A DNA stretch of 62,096 nucleotides, filler included, from Sphacelaria rigidula (taxonomy: Eukaryota), in the NCBI GenBank assembly GCA_964200075.2. It is 9 parts of 9 records of this genome, joined end to end, with 100 filler letters (N's around TTAATTAATTAA, not from the genome) between each part and the next. Parts side by side here need not be neighbours in the genome. Positions count along the whole stretch, not along the records: positions 6,913 to 13,723 come from CAXNAA020017959.1; positions 13,824 to 20,634 come from CAXNAA020017960.1; positions 20,735 to 27,545 come from CAXNAA020017961.1; 6 more parts are not named here. One strand, 5' to 3'. Both the position numbers and the translations under genes were made by a program. This document shows, in pieces, positions 11,121-22,319 of this stretch. Positions within the stretch are counted from its first letter, which is position 1; every line of letters begins with the position of its first letter. The notes beneath the pieces are model-generated. The model made no database searches, was not told where the DNA came from, and saw nothing but the letters and a program-made list of their open reading frames with translations.

Positions 11121-12437
11121 TGGGATTTTTTCTCACACCATGCCCAACATTGGAGAGCGACTGTGTCGTGGGCACACATAATTCGACTGAACGGTGGAGG
11201 AGAGAAAGGGACTGCTGAACCCCTCTCGCGATGAAGAAAAAAGAAGCAAGCACCGCACCAGGAAGGTGGAGTACCAAAAACAAAACAAAACGAAACAAAA
11301 AAAGGAAGACTCCTGTGTTGACCTTCCTCCTGTGTTGACCTTCCTCCTGTGTGACCCCGGCTGGTGCGCCCACATATACCGAAAGGTGTAGACCGGCGTC
11401 TAGAATAGATGGGACGACAACACACGACAACATTATCTTGGTGGTTGCCCCGTACATGCCGTGCGTCATGATTATGTGTACGTCAACCGCGGCCAGCAGC
11501 ATGCTGCCGTTTCAGCACAGCATATTGTGGCGCGCGGCCCTCTATGTACTAGCATGAACAGCACTGCATAACATAATTGTGAACGTTGATCACGGCGGTA
11601 CACGCAGAGCAGCGTGACACATTCCCGCCGTGAGGCAACTTTTTTTTTTTGTTGCCGTAACTTGAAGTGTCCTCTATCCCTGGGTGGGAAATGCCTCCCA
11701 GGATCCAATGGAAACCCCTCCTTTAATTTACTTTATATTTTTTCATCAGAGGAAAAGAAACACGATACGAAAAAAACAAAACGTGCGAAGATACACTCTT
11801 GGTAGACTCTGCGCAGTGATGCTTTGTGCTCGAGATGGAGGTCGGTCGTACGCGTGCGACGTCACATCGTTCAATCTGCACGTCCTGAGGATTTATTTTT
11901 GCTTTTTATTTTTCGCGCAATGTACTGTGGAGACCCGGGGATGCTTCTACTATTTTCCCGGTTTTTGCTGTAACTGGCGTACGTAACACCGATTGCCCAT
12001 TTAACCAGTGTCACACGTAAGATTTGTCTTAATTTTGCTCTAACCAACATCGCCACAACATCATGATCGGTATGAACCCCCAAAATGTGTACCGTCCTCT
12101 TTTGGTCGTGGCCAAAGCTTGCTGCAAAGGCTTCTTACTAAAGCGTCTTCTCTGGCAACACTCTAGCTATGCGCCGTTGTCCAATCTAGCACCAATCTAC
12201 GCATAGAAAAACCATGCTCCGAAAAATCGCGAGACTGTCGACGAACAAATATTTCGCCGGAAAGCATGGACGTTCGAAAGACTCTCTCTTTGGCTATAAA
12301 GTACTACATATAGTATAGCCATTTCCGAGGCAGCCCATGTTTATCTATATAAGATAACGTTTGGTGAACTGAGTTTGATGTGCAAACGCTCCTGTTGCAG
12401 TTTAGAACCAAATTCTTCGCCGTCGAAGGGTTGACCG

Positions 12438-12567
12438 TTAACCGTTTTGGAACCCATCGACGATTTTTTTTATTTTTTGTGAATCGGCATCATTTCGACT
12501 TAAAAATGACTGAAAATTATGACGATTTACAAAAACAAAAATCGTCAGCGGGTTCCGAAAGGGTCAA
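12438..12567. mobile_element. piggyBac-type MITE (~120 bp)
   Basis: ttaa|ccgttttggaaccc ... gggttccgaaaggg|tcaa; colinear with 17605-17730. Confidence 0.7.
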
Positions 12568-13405
12568 TTTATTCTTGAGCTGCGTCTCGGAACGGTAGTT
12601 TCGTGGACAATCTCTCGGGTGAACATGAGAAAAGGCACACCTGCTCAACAGGAATGGGTATGCTCGAACAGCTGTGGCAAGATCTAAAAGAAGAGCGGGG
12701 TGATCATGTGGCCAATCAAAAGTAGGGTTATGTTGCCCTGTAGCTTGCTTATCATCGCCGATCTCACCGCGAGGCCATGCTTTACATGATCTAAACGACC
12801 ATGTGGCAATTCAAGTACATCAAAAGGGCGTATGGTCTTTTACGCAGCCTTTCCACCCCGTCCCCTGTTCGTTGTTGAGAGAAGTGAATCCGTTGTTGTA
12901 GAGCATTCAGAAAACCAGTGTAGATGGACGCTGTGCGATCGATGGCGATTGCGCACACGCACTGTACAGTGTCTTGTGTATTGTACCCGCTGATGAAAAA
13001 AGTATGTCTTGCCACTTTTTCCCATTTACCGTAGCTGCTGGTGAAGAACGACTGTCTGTACCGTGCACTGCACAGGGGCAGCGCGGTACCTTAGAGTACG
13101 ATTTGAGACGATTGGCATGCAGCGCAACATGTAAACATCCAGGAAGTGCGCGCTAATTTCGCCTTGAAGGTACAAGGGCTGCTAAAAGAGCAAGGCGGGA
13201 AGGTTGCTTCTTTTTCACACTATAGCAGAAGTCGTGGTCTCCAGCGTGCACCACTTCTCTGCGAAATGGAGACCTAGTGTGCAGCGTACAGCCCGGAAGC
13301 CCCCAGCATTCGTCATCATCTACGAAAATGAACAGGGGTTGGAAACTTTTTGGGGAAATAGCCGGCTTATCACTGCCAGTCAGTTGGCCGCGGGGGCTGA
13401 AGGAT

Positions 13406-13650
13406 TTGACCTTCCGACCAGGCAGGTCGTATGTTGAATAGCCATCATCTTCGTTCGAAAATTGAACATGTCACCCGGATGACCTTCCCTCGCGGTTAAC
13501 GGTTTAACCGTTTCAGCGCCGACGGACGGGACATGCGGGTATGACAGTCATTTGCCAAGTGAAAATGATGCCGATTTAACAGATCGGCACGACACGCCTG
13601 TTCGCCCGTGCGCTCTAAGCGCTCTAAGGGGTCAACCCTTCGACCACCAG
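13406..13650. mobile_element. Chain of adjacent piggyBac-type MITEs sharing TTAA-like junctions
   Basis: ttga|ccttccgacc...gcggttaacggt|ttaa|ccgtttcagcgc...gctctaagggg|tcaa|cccttcgacc, with the internal core (g)aatcggcatcattt or variants. Confidence 0.5.
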
Positions 13651-16145
13651 GGCGTGTTTCTCTTTTGTATCACCTGTGTTCATGTCTACCTGTCGCGCGT
13701 CGAGTTTGGAAAACCGAGTTCCANNNNNNNNNNNNNNNNNNNNNNNNNNNNNNNNNNNNNNNNNNNNTTAATTAATTAANNNNNNNNNNNNNNNNNNNNN
13801 NNNNNNNNNNNNNNNNNNNNNNNCGGTTGATGGCGTGGGTGTGAAGTGCAACGACAAGTGGTTGACCATAGAGCGCCCTTGTTCTTCATGGGTTCATATG
13901 TCGCCCCAGGTGATAATGCGTGACCTCGTCACATCGGAATCAATTCTTCAAAGCTACTGTACCGAGGTGTTCACACAGCCAGCGCGTGCTCCAGATTGCA
14001 GCATGGACGCAACCCTCTGCACCACGCTCGCAACGGTTAGATCACTACCATAGATATCTTTCTTCACTCCACATGTCAAGAAGGTCTCTACAAGTGTTTG
14101 ATGTCTCATACACCCCCCTCCCAACTGGCGTCTCGCACGCCCTTGTCGTTGGGAGGGTGGCTCACATACATGTCGGGTAAAATCGACGGTAAATAACACC
14201 CCCCAAGTTCAAATTGAATATATACCTGTTGTTTTCGCCGCACCCCCACCCTTGCTGGCATGTGTGTGACAGAAAACAGTAGTAGCGGTGACGGGAACAC
14301 TGCCTTATTTTTCAACACCATGTCTTTCAGCGCACAGAGGCGCGTCCTGTCCAAAAAGAGAGGAAGAGAGAAATCGATTTTCGCATTCGCCACAGGCAAG
14401 AAGAGACGGAATCTCTCCGCACCTCGATGTTCTGGCACATGGAAAATTGGGTACATGCTGGTAACATGCATGATGCCAGTCTCTCGAGCGATTGGTAATC
14501 GCCGAGTGAGGACGCACAAAGGACACAGGCGAGGAGCTTCCTCTCTGTCGTTGCTCCTCTCTCTGGTGATATCGTCATCGACACACGTGCACACCGCATT
14601 CGTTAGGTGCACTTAGCCGCAGCTATTCAACCGCTGCGGACATTTGGGGGGAAAGATGGCTTCGTTTGGTCGTAAGTGTTTCGCGTCATCCCTGCAAAAA
14701 CAATACGCCAGTTCAACCTCTTTTCTTCGATGAACCCCATTTTTCAGGATCCGCTGTTAGTTGATATCGCTAGAAGGACACCACCATTACCACCTTGCCG
14801 GCTGCCAGACTGTCAGGACGTAGGATCCGCTAGCATTGCTACCGTCTGTACGGGGATATTGCCCCCTTGTCGGGCACGTTTTGGAGCATGATTCTAGATG
14901 TAGATCATCTTTGTACACGGGCACCAAACGCCGGGGGTTCTCACTCGACACTTCGATCTGGAGGATGACTCTAGGTAGGCAGTGGCAACTGCTGTGTGTC
15001 CAGGTGCCCTTGGAGCACGATGCGTTTGTTTTCTGTTTGATTAAGCTATCCGCTAAATACCAAAGTCATGAGGGGTTTTGAAGTGGAAACATCTAGCAAA
15101 ATATATGTCGCAAGAATCGAGTCGCGGAAATCAAGTCGCGAAAAGCCTGTCGCAAAAACGAAGTCGCAAAAAAACGGCTAGTCGAATTTTCACCGCAGCA
15201 GAAACCAAATTCACGTCATGAAATTGAAATTTCTCCATAATCGAATGCTCGTTATATTTCCGAGCAGAGTAGTACTCCGCAGGTGAAGACGCCTGTAGGT
15301 ATAGCACTTCGAAGCTGGTAGTTGTTTCGTTGTGTTTCGTTGTGAATATGAACGTTTTTCACATTGGGCAAGCGCGGGGATGAGAGACACCCACCCCCTC
15401 ATCTACTTTAAATTGCTCCGTCACGCTGACGTGTCGGCTGCTTCGATACACCGCTTTAAACATGTGCAGGCTCATGGAAGCCGTCGTCTACACATATCCG
15501 AGGCTTTCGGGATCCAACCGCTAGGATTATCCCGATTTGTGTGCCAGCGCTTGAGATCATCCCATCCCACATCTTGTTGTTGACGACAAAGAGAGCGATC
15601 GCACGATCGAAGTGCATGTACTAATGCGCCAGCTCCGGCTGGGTCAGTGAGAGCCTGGTCCATAAACGAAGGCCGAGGGAGAGCAAACCGGCAGCACAAC
15701 GAAAACCGGGACAAGATGATGGCGCGTTGGTGGGGAGACCGAATGTTGTGCCGAGCTAACTTGAGGTCTGTCCATAGCTTTTTGTGGGCTCCCACGGCGC
15801 AGAAAATGTCAAAACTCACCACGATGGAGCACGCGTACCCGGGGAATATACTAACCTAGAACACGGCCCTGCCTTATCACACAACACCCATGGATATCCA
15901 CCTGAGATATGATTCTGGGATACCCATCTAGGATATCAATCTGGGTTATCGACATCCACGTGGTATATCCGCCTGGAACAGAGGTTCATCGGAAAGGGCT
16001 CAACATGAAAATGAGGTTCAAGTGGCCGAGTACCGTTCACTGAGAACGCACAGAGGAGCGACGACCGAGATTACTTTTTATCTTGGCTTTCACGAAAAAA
16101 GTGCGGCCGACAGGTGGGCCTCCTGAATTTGACACTTCCTACTCA

Positions 16146-16362
16146 AGCCCCCCCTAAAACCAGCCCAAAAGTGTCACGAAAAAAATGGTCATTTAGCGCC
16201 TGACGTTTGGGTCCAGGCTGCGTGAAACGCTTCATATGGGCGACATTGGCGAGAAGGAACCCAAGTGTGGGAATTCCCACCTTCTCCTCGTGCTCTCGGC
16301 TTCTTCCATTTTGATATACGTGAAGATTTTGCCTCCCGAAACCAGGCACTTTTGGGGGGGGC
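16146..16362. mobile_element. MITE with C/G-run TIRs (partial second copy 27490-27545)
   Basis: gcccccccTaaaa ... ttttggggggggc. The first 55 bp recur at the end of scaffold 4. Confidence 0.55.
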
Positions 16363-17374
16363 GGCGGCTATCGTAGAAAGTGTTGAATGAAAAAGAAGAC
16401 AAAGGCTGAGTGAAAAGGAGCCGACTGTTCTCAACGGACAGAAGATGCAAGGATTGTTTAGCACACAACGATATGGATAGGTGGGCATAGCACAACCAGC
16501 GTACATTACAGGGCAGCGGCCAGGTTGACGTCTTCTCTCTCGGTACACATTTCGCGTGTTCCAAATTTGTTTCCCTACAGATGAACGTTATTCCATGGTT
16601 TCCAAAACTCGAAGCCCAAAATCTACAGACATCCGCAGTAGTGACACATGGTGTGGGAGAACACAGCGCAAATAAGTTGTCGTGCAGTGCAGTAGAATGA
16701 AGTCACAGCGATGATGTACTTTGTCTCAGTACACGCCATATGCTCGGCTGCGAATCTAGATGATGCAGCCTATATGCATGGTGCTTGAATAAAGTCGTTG
16801 CAGCAAAATAAGCGATGAAACTTATGGCGGTTCAAGGAAATCATTGATCAGGGTTTTTCTCACTGAGTACCTTTTTGCGGCAATTTATGGCTCGTTTGGC
16901 TAAGTGACGTTTCAAGCGGGATATTGGTTGAGTAGCGTGTTGTCATGATTTGTCGCAGAAAGATATTCTAGCAGAGTATCAACGCCACGAAAGCTGAAGT
17001 ACATCTTGTGTGGAAGATTGCAATTGATCCAAGCCACAGTCTGGCCAGACTGCGACGTCAGCAGCAGTGGTTGAGCTCGATAATAGAGCTTTGTTGGACG
17101 TACGTGCGCAGGATCGATTTTTGACCCAGGAAGAGATAGCGCTGTGGTTCGACCTCGATTGCCACCGCTCCCTCTCTCGAGATTATCCAGCTTTCCTCCA
17201 GCTCTCTACGTGCAAAAGAGACTGCTTGATTCTGTTTTGGCCGACAAGCGCCACATAAAAGCATCCGGCTTTTGTTTTTTTTTGCTGCAGATCGCAAGTG
17301 AGCTTCACCGCCACTGTGCAACCTCTGCCATTCTGTCTAGTGAGACAGCGCCACACGAGCCAATACTTCTCACA

Positions 17375-19929
17375 GGTTATTAGCCTTCGATTCGCGACCA
17401 CGTAGGTCAACAGCGCATCGACCTTCAATTCGCGACTACGTCGGTCAGGACGAGCGAGGAGGCGTCTTATCACGGTCGTCTCAGCAGCGACAGCGAGATC
17501 CAGAACCTATATCTTTTCAAACCATCTTCAGGTGTGAAAAGAACGTTTTCCGATCAACCTGAGGCACATGGATAATTCGGGAGAGCCATCTGTACCTCAG
17601 CTCATTGACCCTTTGGGAACTTGTTGACGGTTCTTGTTCTTGTGAATCAGCATCATTTCCACTTTAAAATGACTGAAAATAATGCCGATTTACAAAAACC
17701 AAAGTCGTCAATGGGTTCCAAAAGGGTTAAGAGCACAAACTAGTTCGACGGTACGAGGTTCATCGAGTGGACGCGGTCTACGCGCGCCGTCATTTCTTTG
17801 ACTCATCCGGGAATTTCTTATATCCTCAACGGGGTTCAACGCCCCCCATAAATTCATGGAGAGGGGTTTTTTTACAGTAGATCCGCCACAACCAACTGCT
17901 GGATCGACACCGAGAACAAGCCCTGTCGGGACCCGTTCAAGAAGCCGCCAGCAGCCGTCCGGTCATACGCGTCCATCATCGGTGGGGGCAACCACGATGA
18001 GCGAGACGACAGCCGCGGCGGGTAAGACTGCAACTACTGATCAAGTCGAGCATCCTGCTGGAGGAGTGGCTGGTCGTCCCAGCCTGGTGTCACATATGAG
18101 GTCAATTTCGAACAAGCATAAAATAGAGAATTGAGACCGGTGTATCTAATAGTTGTTCAACGTTTTATATCTGTCGAAAACTGGTTCAGCAGCAAGTTAT
18201 TTTTGCATTTTCAGCCGAGGGATTCTGCGAAACCAAACGGCAAACGTGCGTGGGAAGGTTTTACTTCGAAGTATGTTAGAAAGTATCGAAATTCTTCGAA
18301 ACAAAGACCCGGTCATTCAATGAGACAACGGGGCAGCATCACCATGTCACCAGGACAAGATCCTGATGTATGTACTGCACACATGGGTAAATTTATCTCG
18401 GAGGAAAGATTGACTGACATAGCCATCGAAGGTCCAACCAACGATTATCTTCAGCTCCAGCATAATGCTGAACGCGAACCAGACTTCAGCATCGAGAAGA
18501 TAGAATCGACAATGCTCAACATGTACTCTAACCGCATGGCGCGCAGTATCACTGCTAAAAGATTGCGAGGCCATGCTTGAGCGAATGCTGATGGTATCAT
18601 TGCCGAACGCTTCGAATCAATCCTCGAAATTGCGTAGAAAATGTTACTCCTGCGGCGAATCAGGGCAACAAATGCGTGACTGTTCGCACAGGACACAGTC
18701 AAGTAGAGGGGGAAGACCAGTAAGATGGCGCAGTTTCCATCATACTGACAAACATGACGACTCCTAGTGTAGAAATCAACTGAGTAATGGGAACAACAAG
18801 AACAACAACGACAGACATCAGCGCCAAGCTAAGACGGCCATCACCGATCCAGCATCTACGATGAAACCATTGAGTAATTATGGTCGACAAATTTCAACAC
18901 CTTCAGCTTCAACAGTGACCGGTACATGTCTACCATCAAACAGCATGGGATTTACCTTCGTTTCCGATTCACACGTCACTGACAACCGTTGTACACCCGA
19001 CAAAATTCCCTTGAAGATGGCATGAACAGTGGCTCAAGTGGGCACTTCATCGACAAATAGTTGTTGCCTGACATGGAACATGCAAATAGTCGAGTATGTG
19101 GAGCTTGATCCTCCCATGAGTATCCTCACGACTGGAAGTCATTCACATGGTACGGGAAGACGCGTTATCGACACCATCGTCACTGATTCTGAGGGGAACC
19201 AGCGCTCTGCTCGGCTTCCTGCCGTGATTGTCCCAGGTCTGCGGAAACATCTGTTCTCGCCTGTAGAAGCACTGACGAAAGGTATGTCCACTATTTTCCC
19301 GTTAAGTCCCACGTCGACCTTGGGGACTTCAAATTGCCAATCAGAAGTGATTGCAACGGAACGCTCCACTATATTAACACGAAAATCGTTCAGAAACCGG
19401 ACACCCTCAACAACAGCTCGGCACTAACAGCTACCGTTGTGTCAGGGGAGCCACAGGCATCGGTACTGTTGTTGTAGCGGAAACAGTTCAAGACATGGCT
19501 GAAGATTCGACAGCCTTCTCTACCATGGTGGGAGCAGACGTCTGACATAAGCGACTCGGACACCTCACTGAGCAGGTCATGCGCCGTCTTCAAAATATTC
19601 CTGAGTCAGCTATGAATTCGAAGGTTCGCTGTCACCTCGTGAAACCTGCAAAATTAGCGAGAGTGTACAGCAGGATCATCCAAGGATAGTCGACCCCACC
19701 AAGATTTCAGAGCGACTACACCTTGTCGGCTCGGATCTGCCAGGCCCCATATCACCTACTGCATTGAGAGGCTACCATTATATGGCGAAGATTACGGATC
19801 GCTTCACACGATTCAAGGGTAATCTGCTTCATCAAAATGAAGGACGAAACGTTAACAACGCTGTGCGGCTTCATCCAAGATATGGCTATTCCTCTGGGAC
19901 TCCAAGTACATCGCCGACGGTCAGATCGT
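17375..19929 (+). mobile_element. Degenerate Ty1/copia LTR retrotransposon (PBS, gag, zinc knuckle, protease, start of integrase)
   Basis: ca|GGTTATtagcc PBS-like site at 17375. Gag from ATG 17568 (FDGTRFIEWTR; NGKRAWEGFTSKY), knuckle KCYSCGESGQQMRDC (~18640), protease region (ARLPAVIVPGLRKHLFS), integrase LHLVGSDLPGPISPTALRGYHYMAKITDRFTRFK...RSDRGG. Many stops and frameshifts. Confidence 0.9.
17605..17730. mobile_element. piggyBac-type MITE inserted in copia gag
   Basis: ttga|ccctttgggaac ... gttccaaaaggg|ttaa. Excision to one TTAA restores the gag frame. Confidence 0.8.
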
Positions 19930-20634
19930 GGGGGGCGTACTCATTTGTTGCTTGCCTTCGTCGTTTGATCATTGACCACGCATCCGTTTCGAGATGGGGC
20001 ACCATTCCTACGCCCAACAGAGACACCCCCAACATTTCGGCGCCCATTGCGTTTCTTCCATACATTACACAAAAACCTTTTACATATCTTATCCCCGTCC
20101 TATTTCGCCGTCTCTGGCCACCATCTATCTCCTGGTATAACCATCGTTTTCTCACGAGTGCATAATGTATCGAAAGATTTTACTGTATGCCACCTTCGTA
20201 CATGTCCCGCATTTCCCCCTTTAGCACGTCTCGTTCATCCTTGTATAGTTCACATTCTGCCACAATATGAGTTCCGCTCTCGATTGCTTTGCCACAGGGG
20301 CAATTCTGTGCATCTACTTCCTCCTCCTTTCCACTACAGGTAAAAGTCTTTCTGGCAGGTCCAGATCCCCCACCCGAAATCGCAGTTTCAACTTTGTCGC
20401 CGCGTCCATTGGGCCATGCAAATATGTTTTCATCCCTATAACCTCTCCCAACCCCCCGTATATCTTCAGGTGTTCTTTGTCGTCTGCTTTGCGTCTGAGC
20501 GCTCCTTTCTCCCTTATATCTATGTTGTCTCTAATTTTTGTATTGTACCCCACGAGCAATGCTACGGTAAGGGTGCACTTTTTTCGCGAAAATTTGTCTG
20601 GTTTAGAGTCTCCTAACGATTCTAGACGCACAAG
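19930..20634 (-). mobile_element. Non-LTR retrotransposon (LINE) ORF2 C-terminus and 3' end, degenerate, truncated by the scaffold end
   Basis: HLKIYGGL..MKTYLHGPMDAATKLKLRFRVGDLDL; CCHC finger NCPCGKAIESGTHIVAEC; FLCNVWKKRN; ends GAPSRNGCVVNDQTTKASNK-TGA (19941-19943), then gtacg-cccccc. Confidence 0.85.
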
Positions 20635-21917
20635 NNNNNNNNNNNNNNNNNNNNNNNNNNNNNNNNNNNNNNNNNNNNTTAATTAATTAANNNNNNNNNN
20701 NNNNNNNNNNNNNNNNNNNNNNNNNNNNNNNNNNTCTTTTTTTTGTTTTTTGTTTTTGGTGTGTTTTTTGTTGTGTTTGGGGTGGGCGGGGGGGGGGGGG
20801 GGGGGGGGGGACTATCTCTCTTCTGTTTCTTGACATTCATATCTTATTGTTTATCTGGTGTTATTTTATTTGTTTTCGAAGTTTCTGAAGAAGCAGTGAG
20901 AGCTCCATCTCTTGTAAGGAATAGCAGTTAGGGTCTTTAAGTTGACAAGGGTCGTTCACCCCGGTGGCATATGTTCACGACACTAAATTTGGCATCGCCG
21001 GTGAGTCAAACGTAGGGAGGGAGAGTCGATGAAAAAGAAAATCCGACGTTCCTTCTTGGTTCAAAATTCGGGTCAAAATTGACCAAATTCTGGCCAATCC
21101 AAATCCGTTCTTTGCCAAATTCGACGTTTTCTTTTTTGCTATTTTTTAATGTTGGACGTGAGAGAAAACGCGGCAAAATGGCTTCGGAGGAGGCAGAACT
21201 AGCCTTTGCACGAGAAGTAACCTAAATCGAAAGACTTTTTGGCTTCATTCTCTCACTGTCATTTTTTCCGCGTTTTGATTCTCCTTGACCCTGGGGAAGA
21301 AGCCATGTACGGACATTTTCGGGCCGACTGATTATTTTTCGGCCGCTAGTCCTCGAGGGGTAAGCAACATCTGTAAAAAAAATAATAATAACTGAAAAAA
21401 CGTCAAAGGACGTATCAAAAACAAAAACAAAAATAATCGGACACGACTAAGGATCCGTGCAAACTTGACTCAACAACCCAGGCTATTTCACACATCAGAC
21501 AGCTCTAGAGCTACCTTAACATTACTTCATGTTAGTGCACTGATCCGGGTCATGGGCTAGCTCAACCCCTTTTTCCGTATTTGCTCGCTACGGCGCTGGA
21601 CGCCGAGCATGTGGAGTAAGCGCAAAGGTAGGGCTTCGGCTTCTTGGATCCCGCTGTCACGCATTTAATGTCCTTGGTCAACGGTCCTAAGCGTCCTCTT
21701 CGACTAGTTAGTTTAGATGGCTCATTCGCTACCCGACGTGTCAGCCATTTCTTCAACCATGTTACTGTCCGTAGCACGTTCAAACACGTCTTCCCAACAC
21801 TTTATCTCGAATTCGTGGTAGGGGAAATGTATGTTTGTATATATGTATATGTATATGTATTGTCATTTCCATGATGTCTCCATGGACGGAGGCGTTAGTT
21901 ATCCCCCACCATATTTG

Positions 21918-22010
21918 GTCCGGCGAAAACCCGGCGTGCTCCGTCCCGGCTTTGTAGGGATGCGAGGTCAATGGTCTTATGACTATGGCATGCATGATCA
22001 TGAGTGCACC
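21918..22010 (+). mobile_element. C-ended LINE-related short retroposon, subfamily B, with an 11-bp TSD
   Basis: gtccggcgaaaacccggcgtgctccgtcccggctttgtagggatgcgaggtcaatggtc...atgagtgcacc, flanked by caccatatttg (21907-21917 and 22007-22017). Other copies ~30880-30990, ~43397-43485, ~46288-46408 and a tail at ~6780-6812 ('-'). Confidence 0.8.
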
Positions 22011-22238
22011 ATATTTGCCATTCGACAAAAAAAACGTTACTGTCGAGTTCTGCTCCAGCCATCTGGCAGTTTCAATATCCTTCGGCAGCAATTAAACTTT
22101 ACAGTAGCTTTCCACCTCAAATCGTTCAAAATTAAACTGGAGCGTCGGAATAACAATCATGTCCCACTCTGTTGAACGAAGCAAGTAAAACAACAAAACA
22201 GACCCACAGCATAACAGTACATGTGGCCGTAAAATCAC

Positions 22239-22319
22239 CTGAGAGTGCTCGAGTTCTGCCCTAATGGATCGCAGCTGTAGCTCGATCGTCTCCGCCCAGT
22301 TCTTCACGTTCCCCAAAGT
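22239..22319 (-). CDS. BLOC1S1: Exon similar to the C-terminal helix of BLOC-1 subunit 1 (GCN5L1)
   Basis: cag|ACT...CAG|gtgat, 81 nt. TLGNVKNWAETIELQLRSIRAELEHSQ vs the remembered family pattern EIGDVENWARSIELDMRTIATALE. Upstream BLOC1S1-like exons were not found. Confidence 0.5.

Noticed and set aside
21588-21653. Possible last exon after the BLOC1S1-like exon (RDPRSRSPTFALTPHARRPAP*)
   Set aside because: Phase-compatible, but there is no homology support.
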